IMG/VR virus record: IMGVR_UViG_2029527006_000005
From: a virus
Taxonomy: Duplodnaviria; Heunggongvirae; Uroviricota; Caudoviricetes
Direction: 5' to 3' (one strand)
Length of the DNA: 64,000 nt
Under the pieces are notes generated by a model. That model was not told where the DNA came from. It searched no databases and worked only from the letters and a program-made list of their open reading frames with translations. The translations under genes and the position numbers were made by a program. Shown here one piece after another: positions 40,075 through 51,203 of this stretch (positions are counted from its first letter, which is position 1; each line of letters opens with the position of its first letter).

Positions 40075-40332
40075 TTATTCCCCTTTATTATCTGCGGCGG
40101 TATCTTGTGCTTCAACTTCTTTGTCAGCAGCTTCAGCAGCTTCAACTTGAGCGTTATGCTGTTCGATTAGCTGGTTAGCAACTGTGATGAAACGAGCAAC
40201 AACAGGGGTTACTTCTACTAGGTCTTCTACGGAGAAAGCATTAGCTTTAACTGCTTGTTCCATGATTTTTGCAGCGTTGATGATATCAACGATATCAATG
40301 GAAATTCCGGTTGGTTGATTTTCAGTACTCAT
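40075..40332 (-). CDS. Hypothetical protein
   Basis: Start MSTENQ with GGAG RBS. First gene after promoter copy 2. Confidence 0.65.
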   Translation of the reverse strand: MSTENQPTGISIDIVDIINAAKIMEQAVKANAFSVEDLVEVTPVVARFITVANQLIEQHNAQVEAAEAADKEVEAQDTAADNKGE

Positions 40333-40371
40333 AATTTTATACACTCCATGTATTATTTTGTCTTACAACTT

Positions 40372-40400
40372 ATTATATCACATTTTTCTTGCTTTGTCCC
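40372..40400 (-). promoter_or_regulatory. GGGACA-N17-TATAAT promoter (copy 2)
   Basis: Minus strand GGGACA-AAGCAAGAAAAATGTGA-TATAAT. Confidence 0.8.
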
Positions 40401-40411
40401 AAGAAAAACGC

Positions 40412-40436
40412 AAAAGGCACAATCAATGTGCCTTTT
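40412..40436 (-). terminator. Terminator after the vWA gene
   Basis: AAAAGGCACA-ATCAA-TGTGCCTTTT. Confidence 0.8.
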
Positions 40437-40445
40437 ATTTACTTC

Positions 40446-41873
40446 TTAACGAGTTTTAGCTTTTTCGGCTTCCCACTCGTAGTGTACAGTTTCACCAAAT
40501 GGTGCTTCTTTCTTAGGGTTAGAGTGAATCACAAAAAGAGTTTTGCAATAATCAGGGTCACCCCAAGAGTTCCAAGGTTCACCATCAGTAAACATGATTA
40601 GCTGTTTAGGCTTATAATCATCTTGCTTCATGTGTTCCCAAACTGCTTGGAAATCAGTACCACCACCACCATGAATTGGGTATTCTAGAATCTTCTTCTC
40701 GTCACCAGTTTTATAGTCTTTTACGGTGTATACTGCTGTATCAAATGTCATGATACGGATTTTGAATTGTTTGAATTGCTTAGTGATACCTAGTACTTCA
40801 CCAATGAAGTCTTTTAGCATTTCAGTACTAATAGACCCAGAGGCATCTAGTGCAATTGCAATATCAATATCTTCGTCAGGCTTTAGGCCGGGGAAGATAG
40901 GACAACCATAGAACGAACCCGATGTACCGAAACCAGTACTCCAAGAACGGCGGCTAGGTGTCATAAAGGATGCATCACTCTTCATCCACGACCGTAGTGT
41001 ACGAGCTAGTTTAGCTCTCCAGTCGATTTTAGGCTCTTGGAAGTCTTTAATCATACGCTGAATCTCAGCAGGTGCATTACCAGCACGTGCAGCATTCATC
41101 ATTGCGGTTTTAAAGTCTTCCATATATTCTTTGCGTTTGTCGCCGTCGATTGGATTACCTTCAGCATCTTTTGCTTTCCCCTCGTCAGGGATATCATGCT
41201 GGTCTACAGTACCCCCGCCGCCAAATGTACCACGGAACTTGCCTTGACCTTTGCCGCTTCCACCTTGGCCTTGTCCATCACCTTCACCGTCGCCATCACC
41301 TTCCCCATCGCCTTCGCCTTGGTTCTGCTGTGCTTCTTCTAGGATGATAGTGTAAATTTCTTCAGCCGTTTTACCATCATATTTTTTGTCAAATAGCCAA
41401 GTATCTTGGATTTGACCAATTTTTTCACGGACTAGAATCTGGTTAATTGCGTAGTCTGCTGCTACGTTCCATGCTTTAGGATCACGGTTACCACGGCGTA
41501 GGAAGTGGTCATAAGCACAGTGTAGGATTTCATGGCAAATTACAGCAATTAGGTTCTGGTCCGATAGACCATTCATTGAACTCGCTACTTGCTCATCCGT
41601 GATATCTGGAATTGCATCGCGAAGTTTCTTTTCGTACTCAGCACGTTTGGATTCATCCTGTAGACCCATAACGAATTCTACGTTATAGAACAAGTGACGA
41701 CCATCAACTGCCATTGTACGACACCAAGTATTATTCGGTACTGGACGTAGACGTGAAGCTAGTACACCAAAGAATGGATTACCAAGCATCAAAGAAGTAC
41801 GAGCAAGAATCATACGGTTGATACATTCTTTTAGTACTTCAGGAGCTACATCAAGATTATTAGTAGTGGACAT
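40446..41873 (-). CDS. HEXXH metallopeptidase-like + vWA domain protein (DUF2201-like)
   Basis: 'HEILH...WNVAADY.IN', a Gly/acidic linker, MIDAS 'DASGS', 'GGGGTDF' and 'FTDG'. Confidence 0.85.
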   Translation of the reverse strand: MSTTNNLDVAPEVLKECINRMILARTSLMLGNPFFGVLASRLRPVPNNTWCRTMAVDGRHLFYNVEFVMGLQDESKRAEYEKKLRDAIPDITDEQVASSMNGLSDQNLIAVICHEILHCAYDHFLRRGNRDPKAWNVAADYAINQILVREKIGQIQDTWLFDKKYDGKTAEEIYTIILEEAQQNQGEGDGEGDGDGEGDGQGQGGSGKGQGKFRGTFGGGGTVDQHDIPDEGKAKDAEGNPIDGDKRKEYMEDFKTAMMNAARAGNAPAEIQRMIKDFQEPKIDWRAKLARTLRSWMKSDASFMTPSRRSWSTGFGTSGSFYGCPIFPGLKPDEDIDIAIALDASGSISTEMLKDFIGEVLGITKQFKQFKIRIMTFDTAVYTVKDYKTGDEKKILEYPIHGGGGTDFQAVWEHMKQDDYKPKQLIMFTDGEPWNSWGDPDYCKTLFVIHSNPKKEAPFGETVHYEWEAEKAKTR

Positions 41874-41896
41874 ATCAAAATTCCTCTTGTTGGATT

Positions 41897-41922
41897 AAAA
41901 GAGGATGGCAACTGCCATCCTC
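41897..41922 (-). terminator. Strong terminator between the AAA and vWA genes
   Basis: Minus strand GAGGATGGC-AGTT-GCCATCCTC-TTTT. Confidence 0.8.
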
Positions 41923-41929
41923 ATACTTC

Positions 41930-43258
41930 TTAGTTTAGAGTACGTGCACGACGTACTAGGTCTTGGTAGCGTTTTACGAACTCTTGGAACGCTGGTACTT
42001 CTTTGTAAGATAGTTGAACACGTGCTTGGGTTAGTGTACGGATTGCTAGTACAGCTAGTTCAGCAGAGTATTCAGAGAAGTTCTTCTCTAGGAAGATGAT
42101 GAAGTTGTTCGCTAGGCGAGACCACTCTTCAACTTCGATTTTCTTCTCTTGTTTTTGCTCGTACAAATCAATGATTTTGTACACTAGGTTTAGGGAGATG
42201 AAGTAGTTAGAAGAAATATCTAGCCCTTCTGGTAGTACTTTAATCTCACCGTTTAGGATTTTCATGGTATCTGGTAGTTTAGATACGTTTTCCACATACT
42301 CGATGTAGGAGATAGCAACACCTTCACCAACACGCCCTGCAATCATAGCACGATATACAGCTTTGTCAATGGAACCATCGTTGCAATCTTCGAAGTCTGC
42401 TACACGTTCCCAAGAGCGTGGAGAAGTACCACCAGAGTGAGATGGATCAGTTGGGCTTAGGGTGTTGAAGTTCTTGCTACCAGTGTTGCTGATAAACGCT
42501 ACAGTTGCTGCGTTTAGGCGGTTTGGAATTGCGTAATCGTCAATCCAATCCTGATGGTTAGGTTCCATCTCAATGTGAGTCATACGGTCACGTAGTGGAG
42601 TTGCTAGGGTAAAGGTTACACCACCATCGTTCTCACGGTTACCCGCTGCTAGGATTAGACAGGTCTTAGGTAGCTTCATTTCCCCAACACAGCGGTCTAG
42701 GATTAGCTGGTAAGATGCTGCCTGTACAATTGGCATTGCGGAGTTGATTTCATCAAATAGAATCACACCTTTCCAATCAGCAGATAGTTTTAGTACTTTT
42801 GGTGCAGCCCACACAACCGCAGTTTCAGCGATGTAATCTTGTACATCTTTTAGCTGAGATTCGATTAGGTTCACACCGTCCATGCCAACAAACACTTTCT
42901 CTGGTACTGGAATACCACGTAGGTCAGTTGGGTCAATCTGAGATAGACGGAAGTCGATGAAGTTACTATCTTGGTCGATTAGTTTAGCATCGAATGCACG
43001 TAGTTCACGCTCGAACTGTGCTTTTTGTGCAGCATCAGTTTCTTGCTCAATTTGAGCTTTCATGAACTCTAGTTTAGCTAGATTGTCTTTACGTAGTGGA
43101 TAGTTTTCATCTGCATATTGACGAGCAATTGCGGATTTACCAATACCGGGTGCACCCCAAATCATTAGACTATCTGTAGTTTTATCAGCAAGTGCCATTG
43201 CTTTCTTGGTTTGCTTAGGAGATAGGGTAATGTTTAGGATATCGTTAGTTTTGCTCAT
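41930..43258 (-). CDS. MoxR/dynein-related AAA+ ATPase
   Basis: Walker A GAPGIGKS, 'DPTDLRGIP', Walker B 'LFDEIN', 'AAGN', 'LRDR' and 'SPRSW'. Confidence 0.88.
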   Translation of the reverse strand: MSKTNDILNITLSPKQTKKAMALADKTTDSLMIWGAPGIGKSAIARQYADENYPLRKDNLAKLEFMKAQIEQETDAAQKAQFERELRAFDAKLIDQDSNFIDFRLSQIDPTDLRGIPVPEKVFVGMDGVNLIESQLKDVQDYIAETAVVWAAPKVLKLSADWKGVILFDEINSAMPIVQAASYQLILDRCVGEMKLPKTCLILAAGNRENDGGVTFTLATPLRDRMTHIEMEPNHQDWIDDYAIPNRLNAATVAFISNTGSKNFNTLSPTDPSHSGGTSPRSWERVADFEDCNDGSIDKAVYRAMIAGRVGEGVAISYIEYVENVSKLPDTMKILNGEIKVLPEGLDISSNYFISLNLVYKIIDLYEQKQEKKIEVEEWSRLANNFIIFLEKNFSEYSAELAVLAIRTLTQARVQLSYKEVPAFQEFVKRYQDLVRRARTLN

Positions 43259-43404
43259 ATGTTATTTCCTCATTTGGATTATAAAAAAGTACTTCATCGT
43301 TTAAGTTACGTTTGACGCTTATCCATAAGCAAAAGAGAAGGCACTGCGTTACTCATAACTTAGTGCCTTGTTAGTATTCCGTACTGTTCTCTTAATATGC
43401 GTTT

Positions 43405-43433
43405 ATTATATCACATAATGTTTCGTTTGTCCC
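43405..43433 (-). promoter_or_regulatory. GGGACA-N17-TATAAT promoter (copy 3), upstream of the AAA gene
   Basis: Minus strand GGGACA-AACGAAACATTATGTGA-TATAAT. Confidence 0.8.
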
Positions 43434-43451
43434 AAGATTTTTTAAATCTTT

Positions 43452-43826
43452 TTACATGTAAACCGCAAAGAGTTTTTGAAAGTCGTCGCAGCAGAATGTT
43501 AACTGCGTTACAACCATCATGTCCGAGATGTATATGTCATAACCATTGACATAATACGGACTAGTGCAAATGCGATCCATTGATGTATACACAACCGAAT
43601 TTCTATCTTCCCGTTTTAAAGGGACTTTCACAAATTCGTACAGTTCCTTACCGTTACAGATATCAAACCCGAATTTGCTTAATCTTAGACCGCCACCAGT
43701 CCTGAAGTTCTCAAAAATTGACATAAGGAGCATTCGATCAGTAATTTCAGCTTCGCTTTCATATACATCTCTTACCTTCTCCAGTACTTCATTTTGATAT
43801 TCAGTGCTGTTGGTCTTTGGGATCAT
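43452..43826 (-). CDS. Hypothetical protein
   Basis: 124-aa ORF at the end of a minus-strand operon. Confidence 0.6.
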   Translation of the reverse strand: MIPKTNSTEYQNEVLEKVRDVYESEAEITDRMLLMSIFENFRTGGGLRLSKFGFDICNGKELYEFVKVPLKREDRNSVVYTSMDRICTSPYYVNGYDIYISDMMVVTQLTFCCDDFQKLFAVYM

Positions 43827-43827
43827 T

Positions 43828-44256
43828 TTAAATCCCTACAAAACCATGTCTAGCTGCATATGACTGACCTTTGGGGTTATCATAGTTCTGCTTTCCATCT
43901 TTATCAATTTTCGGACCCATACCCTGAGTGCCATATTCGTCACCCGGAATGTTCGGGAACGGGCTATCTTCTTCGACAACTTCTTCATCGCCTAGTTGAT
44001 GTTCATCAGTATACTCGTCTTCGTGTAGAATGTCACGCACTTTTTTCAATTTATCTAAAAATTTATCGTAGTCTTCAACTTCTTCACCAGCCATCGAATC
44101 GATGCAGTGGCGTAGACAACCTACGATATCTTTTAAAAGTTCTTGTGGGGAAAGGGATTCTTCCCCTTCCACCTCAACTTCTTCTTCGGACTCTACTTCT
44201 TCATTATCTAATATTTCGTCGATACTTTCAAGTAGTTCTCTGTAATTATTTGTCAC
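43828..44256 (-). CDS. Acidic hypothetical protein
   Basis: Probable GTG start at 44256 with GGAGG RBS, overlapping the upstream stop. Confidence 0.6.
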   Translation of the reverse strand: MTNNYRELLESIDEILDNEEVESEEEVEVEGEESLSPQELLKDIVGCLRHCIDSMAGEEVEDYDKFLDKLKKVRDILHEDEYTDEHQLGDEEVVEEDSPFPNIPGDEYGTQGMGPKIDKDGKQNYDNPKGQSYAARHGFVGI

Positions 44257-45292
44257 TGAGACCTCCAAGGAAGCGTTCGTACTTAGCTGCAATGCTTTCG
44301 TAGATATCTTCAGCGGTTTCTTCATCTTCTGGGTCGTCGTTATCAGCATCAACTTCTTCTGATTCACGAACGTTGTTTAGAAGTGGGTTATCACCTAGAG
44401 CAGTTCGCTTGTGACGATAGTTATGGCGAGAGTTCTCAATGCCATCATTATCGAATGCATGTGGATCTGGCTCATTTTGTAGTTCTTCTTGCATTGTACG
44501 CTTCCAGTAGTACTGGTTTCCTGAAGGAACAACAATGAAGTGATCTCCTTCAACGCCGTTAGTACGCTGGGATGCATCTTGCACTGCGTCACGTTCAGTA
44601 GCGAATGGACCAAATTTGTTACCTTCAACAGATTGGTTATTATCTTCTTCTAATGATAGATCAGGTAGAATCTGAGCACTTTCACCTAGTTCTGAAGCAG
44701 CAGCTTCTTCTTCGGCATCATCAAGATCTGTATCTTCTTTAGCTTCAGCATTAACAAAATCTTCAGCAGCAGAATCATCTTCAAGTACTAGAGATTCACC
44801 GATACCAGCAAGTTCAGACATACGACCCATGTCAAACATATCGTCGCCGTCATCGTCAAGTTCCATGCTCACGTCATCAAAACCGACTTCATCACCTAAT
44901 TCTACTTCATCTTCAAACTCTGAGGATGATTCTACGCTAGGTTGTCCCGTCATGTCAAGCGACATTTCACTTTCTTCATCATCTGCACCGAAATCAGATA
45001 CAGTACCAGCAAGATCATCAATCGCTGCACTTAGATCACCAGCACCATCAGCCGGGGAAGCAGGTGACATTGCATCTTCAGGATTCATAATAGGCTGAGT
45101 CTCTTCACCACCAATACTATCAAAGTCCATTGGTTTAAGTGGAGCAAGACCACCACCCATACCACCAACTGAACCAGTATTGGTTTCTGCTTGCCCTGCT
45201 AAGGCAAGCATACGTGATAGAGTTTCGAAATCTTCTGATTCTAGTCCGTTAACATCAAGTTTAATTGATGCTTCATTAATTTTTTTAGTCAT
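44246..45292 (-). CDS. Highly acidic protein, possible head core/scaffold protein
   Basis: D/E-rich low complexity, with two 'RM..LAG' motifs and many I/L-x-E sites. Confidence 0.5.
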   Translation of the reverse strand: MTKKINEASIKLDVNGLESEDFETLSRMLALAGQAETNTGSVGGMGGGLAPLKPMDFDSIGGEETQPIMNPEDAMSPASPADGAGDLSAAIDDLAGTVSDFGADDEESEMSLDMTGQPSVESSSEFEDEVELGDEVGFDDVSMELDDDGDDMFDMGRMSELAGIGESLVLEDDSAAEDFVNAEAKEDTDLDDAEEEAAASELGESAQILPDLSLEEDNNQSVEGNKFGPFATERDAVQDASQRTNGVEGDHFIVVPSGNQYYWKRTMQEELQNEPDPHAFDNDGIENSRHNYRHKRTALGDNPLLNNVRESEEVDADNDDPEDEETAEDIYESIAAKYERFLGGLSDK

Positions 45293-45309
45293 TTTTTTAA
45301 TCCTTGTGA

Positions 45310-46305
45310 TTACTCATCTCTATTATTTAATGATTGTATAATCTGCTTAACTTTATCTGCATCACCAGATAGCATAATGTCAGCAGCCATAAGTGAAAGT
45401 TTGTCAGCCCGACTAAGCAACATCATAATCTTACGTGCTTGTGGATGTGCTTTGATTTTATCCGCTAAACCTTTGAGTTTATCACCTTCTTTTCGGTCAT
45501 CCTCTTTAGCATCGTTATCATCAACCGCCTTTTCCTGATCTACTTTTTCTTCTTCATGACGATCTTCAGGATTAGCAGTACTGGTATCATCTACCTCAGA
45601 ATCTACGTCATCGCGAATTTTATCATTTTCTTCTTTATGATCATCTTTCTTAGCTACGATATCATCTTTTGCTTTTGATGCCATACCTTTAGGTAACATT
45701 TTACCATCAGCACTAATGAAACGATCATCACCAACATAGGTATATTCTTTACCTTTACTGGAGGTCCAAGTACTTTTACCAATTTTTAGTTCGCTTGAAC
45801 TATTTTCGTCTTCAATTTTACGAATAGCTGCTTGTTCTAATGGACGAGCAGCCGAAATATTAACTTTAAGTCTAGGTTGGGAACCACTAATATACCATTC
45901 CCCACCTTTCTTGTAATATGATTTACCTTTACCAGATACGTATACATAACCGTCTGGAACAGAAGCTAGTGGTTCATCACCATCTGCTTCCATTATAGAA
46001 TGACTAATGCTAAGGCTTTCAGCGATAACATTACCGTTTTGAGTAAATTTACCTTCACCGATAAAAGTATAATCCGCACCTTTATGCTTATATACGTTAC
46101 CAATTTTCATACTAGAAGATGAATTATGTTCAACAATTTGTTTTTGAGCACTTACATACATATTTGAGTACTTTGAAGGGTCAATCATTTGCATAGAAGA
46201 GTTATTAAACCATAACCCTTCAACAAACACATATTTTGAACCAGTATGCGACGTGTAAACATAGCCATTCGGAACCAATGAGTTGTTACCGAAAAAATTT
46301 AGCAT
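45310..46305 (-). CDS. Hypothetical protein with a duplicated beta-rich module
   Basis: 'VP.GYVY.S..G..Y...G.W...NSSS..KIG.......G..YT..G...F...G' occurs twice. Confidence 0.65.
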   Translation of the reverse strand: MLNFFGNNSLVPNGYVYTSHTGSKYVFVEGLWFNNSSMQMIDPSKYSNMYVSAQKQIVEHNSSSSMKIGNVYKHKGADYTFIGEGKFTQNGNVIAESLSISHSIMEADGDEPLASVPDGYVYVSGKGKSYYKKGGEWYISGSQPRLKVNISAARPLEQAAIRKIEDENSSSELKIGKSTWTSSKGKEYTYVGDDRFISADGKMLPKGMASKAKDDIVAKKDDHKEENDKIRDDVDSEVDDTSTANPEDRHEEEKVDQEKAVDDNDAKEDDRKEGDKLKGLADKIKAHPQARKIMMLLSRADKLSLMAADIMLSGDADKVKQIIQSLNNRDE

Positions 46306-46318
46306 TATATATCTCCTA

Positions 46319-46864
46319 TTAACTTAGTAGACGTAGAAGTTGTTCACGTTCAGCAGAACTAAGTCCAGAAAGAATACCTTCTAAACCACCAGCTTGTGGT
46401 TGAGGTTGACCTTGCGGCTGTCCCTGTGGTTCACTTTGAGGTTGTCCTTGAGGCTGACCTTGGGGTTGTTCCTGTGGTTGTTCTTCAGGTTGGAATTCGT
46501 TCATATATTCACGAACCGCTGATAATAGAGCTTGACCAACATCTTTAGGAGAAAAACTTCTACGTTCATTATTACCCAAGAATTTTGGGTCTAATTTATT
46601 TCCTTTGAAAAAGGCAACAACATCACCATATGGTACAGATTGTTGTGCTTTACCATATTTACGCCCAATGTAACGCTTGAAATCCATCCATAGTTTATTA
46701 GCTTCTGCCCCAACTTCAGCAGCACCCTGTTCAATTTGACCTGAACCAAAAGCACCTTTTACTTTACCCTTCGCAGAGTCAATCGCTGATTGTGTTCTTG
46801 AATAAGGACGTTCATTAATTGTTTGACGGTCACTACCATCAAACATCTCTTCTAACATGCTCAT
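46319..46864 (-). CDS. Hypothetical protein with a QPQG repeat tract
   Basis: 'QPEEQPQEQPQGQPQGQPQSEPQGQPQGQPQPQ' at about 46394-46492. Confidence 0.65.
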   Translation of the reverse strand: MSMLEEMFDGSDRQTINERPYSRTQSAIDSAKGKVKGAFGSGQIEQGAAEVGAEANKLWMDFKRYIGRKYGKAQQSVPYGDVVAFFKGNKLDPKFLGNNERRSFSPKDVGQALLSAVREYMNEFQPEEQPQEQPQGQPQGQPQSEPQGQPQGQPQPQAGGLEGILSGLSSAEREQLLRLLS

Positions 46865-46866
46865 TA

Positions 46867-47409
46867 TTAATCCTTCTTACCGTTAAAGCCAGCAGCAAAG
46901 TACTTGGCAAAGTTATCACTCTTTTTAGCTAGATTTTCTAAAGCATCTTTAACAGCAGTATCAGCACGTTCTTGACCAGCTAATTCTGCACTATCGGGTT
47001 CTGGTTCACCGAATGGTTGCCCTAGAGTTGGTTCGTACTCGTCAAAGTCGATATCTTCTAGTTCTTGTTCATATTCTAATTCAATTGGTTCACCCTTACC
47101 ACGAACTTTGATATAAGCCTCAGTCCATTTTAATAGGTTGCCAATTTCATAGCGTAGTACTTCAGTTTGAACTCCACGATTACATGTAAAGTCAAACATC
47201 CAAATTTCACCACAATCTAACTCGTAAAAGTCTAGTGGTTTTTCTTGGAACATTAATTTTTTTAGGCCACCAACTTCAACCGCATCGTAGCGATCCATAA
47301 GACGAGCAGTAATCTTTGCTAGATCTTCTTTAGTTGGTTCCATTGCAAATTTCACTCTGTATTCATATTCAGGAGTGAGAGATGTTAAGATTGTCTGTAG
47401 TTTATTCAT
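46867..47409 (-). CDS. Hypothetical protein
   Basis: 180-aa ORF with GGAG RBS. Confidence 0.65.
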   Translation of the reverse strand: MNKLQTILTSLTPEYEYRVKFAMEPTKEDLAKITARLMDRYDAVEVGGLKKLMFQEKPLDFYELDCGEIWMFDFTCNRGVQTEVLRYEIGNLLKWTEAYIKVRGKGEPIELEYEQELEDIDFDEYEPTLGQPFGEPEPDSAELAGQERADTAVKDALENLAKKSDNFAKYFAAGFNGKKD

Positions 47410-47437
47410 TATTAACTCCGGGTCACAGTAGTTTAAT

Positions 47438-49541
<2,104 letters not shown>

Positions 49542-49550
49542 AACCTCTCC

Positions 49551-50324
49551 TTATAACCCTGCTGAACCGAAAATCTTATCTAGAATATCGAGTCCTTGGT
49601 TAACGTTATCAGGTAGTAATGAATTAATTCTTGAACTATACATTTCTTCAATAGTATCGTACTGTACTACGTTATCTGGCTTAATAGTAATTTTCATCGT
49701 TACTGGTGAAGATGAACTATAATCTAGTGAGTCATAGTTAATCTCTTGAATAACACAACCGACGCATACAAAGTACTCCATGATTCCATCATTATTATAT
49801 GAAGAACCACCAATAAATTGGTCTACTGCGTTGGTTAAGCCTTGGTTGTTAGTTAATGCGGTTGCAACATCTGTAATGGTGTCACGACCTAAATTTGTTA
49901 AGGTATCTTCAGCATTTCTACCATTAAGCATTTGGATAATTACTCCGAATTTATATCCTGAATATTCTTGTTCAGAACGTGCCGTAATTCTTCGTGGGAA
50001 GTCCAATTGTTTTTGGAGTTGTCTTGATAGAGCTTTTGCGGATTCATTACCTACTGAATCTCTAATAGTGAGTACTATCGGATTCCAGTTATGCTTAGTT
50101 ACATATGACGTATTAGTGGTGAACATATGTAATTGTTGAGTGTTGAACGACACGGTTGGTCTATCTACTTGATCCACATCTAGAGCAATGTGATCACGTT
50201 CATTTATATCAGTACCGAAGTTATAAACAATCACTCTGAATTTATATTTTGCTTTTGGCTGAAGCATTGTTTTGTTTCTTCCACTTGGTAGAGGAACGCC
50301 ATATTTGTTTAGCATGTTTGCCAT
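49551..50324 (-). CDS. Tail tube protein paralogue 2
   Basis: Start MANMLNKYG. Shares 'QPKAKYKFRV', 'RDSVGN' and 'DYSSS.P' with the 50409 gene. Has its own TAAATA at 50359-50364. Confidence 0.75.
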   Translation of the reverse strand: MANMLNKYGVPLPSGRNKTMLQPKAKYKFRVIVYNFGTDINERDHIALDVDQVDRPTVSFNTQQLHMFTTNTSYVTKHNWNPIVLTIRDSVGNESAKALSRQLQKQLDFPRRITARSEQEYSGYKFGVIIQMLNGRNAEDTLTNLGRDTITDVATALTNNQGLTNAVDQFIGGSSYNNDGIMEYFVCVGCVIQEINYDSLDYSSSSPVTMKITIKPDNVVQYDTIEEMYSSRINSLLPDNVNQGLDILDKIFGSAGL

Positions 50325-50368
50325 AAAGTAACCCCTATTTAATTTTTGGATCATACATTATTTAGCAT

Positions 50369-50397
50369 AAAAAAAGCCCCAGACGAATCTAGGGCTA
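50369..50397 (-). terminator. Terminator after the major tube gene
   Basis: Minus strand AGCCCTAGA-TTCG-TCTGGGGCT-TTTTTT. Confidence 0.8.
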
Positions 50398-50408
50398 TGA
50401 TCTTTAAA

Positions 50409-51095
50409 TTAGTTATTAAAGAAGTTACTATCAGTAAGAGAAGTCGTACTGATTGCGGTTTGTGCACCAGAGATGGTACTTGCGTTAGCAGGTGTACCGT
50501 TACCAGTTACATCGTCACCTAGAGGTAGACCAGTTGGGCCAAGTAGAGCACACGCATCCGGTTGGATGGTGACAGAGATTACTTGTGGATCAGAACTTGA
50601 ATAGTCCCAATCACCAAAGTTTGTATCAGCGATGAAACAACCTTGGCATACCCATGTATTTTGCGTACCTTGATAAAGGTTAGTAGTAGTTTCACTGTTT
50701 GAACCGTCGAGTACTTGAATCCACATTTCAAACTTGAACTGTACGTCAGCAATACGAGATTCCTGTGTGTAGTAGTTAAATTCTTTACGCATTTGATTAT
50801 ACAATGCTTTTAAAGATGAGTTACCTACGGAGTCACGGAAAGCTAGTTCGATTTCACTCCAAGTGTACTTACCTTTGTAGTGTGCACTACTGTTATAACT
50901 GTGTACAGTTACGTTTTCATGCGATACGTGCGGTGAAGCTACTGTATTAGTATCGATTGTAATAAAATCACCATCTTCCGCAGCACCGAAGCCGAAGAAA
51001 ATTACACGAAACTTGTATTTCGCTTTAGGCTGTTTCATTGCAATACGACCACCACCAGCTAGTGGAACACCATATTTATCCAACATATTTGCCAT
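50409..51095 (-). CDS. gp19: Tail tube protein, gp19-like
   Basis: Directly downstream of the sheath gene. 'KYKFRV.F...GK..W..I...FRD...W...GCF......DY' pattern. TAAATA at 51131-51136. Confidence 0.8.
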   Translation of the reverse strand: MANMLDKYGVPLAGGGRIAMKQPKAKYKFRVIFFGFGAAEDGDFITIDTNTVASPHVSHENVTVHSYNSSAHYKGKYTWSEIELAFRDSVGNSSLKALYNQMRKEFNYYTQESRIADVQFKFEMWIQVLDGSNSETTTNLYQGTQNTWVCQGCFIADTNFGDWDYSSSDPQVISVTIQPDACALLGPTGLPLGDDVTGNGTPANASTISGAQTAISTTSLTDSNFFNN

Positions 51096-51165
51096 ATTGT
51101 TCTCCCAAAATTGGAATTATATCTTTAATATATTTATTAGAAAAGATTCCATCATCGGAGTTACA

Positions 51166-51193
51166 AAAAAGTAAAGGGGCTAAAAGCCCCTTT
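51166..51193 (-). terminator. Terminator after the sheath gene
   Basis: AAAGGGGCT-AAA-AGCCCCTTT with an A-tract on the + strand. Confidence 0.75.
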
Positions 51194-51203
51194 GGATGTA
51201 TTG

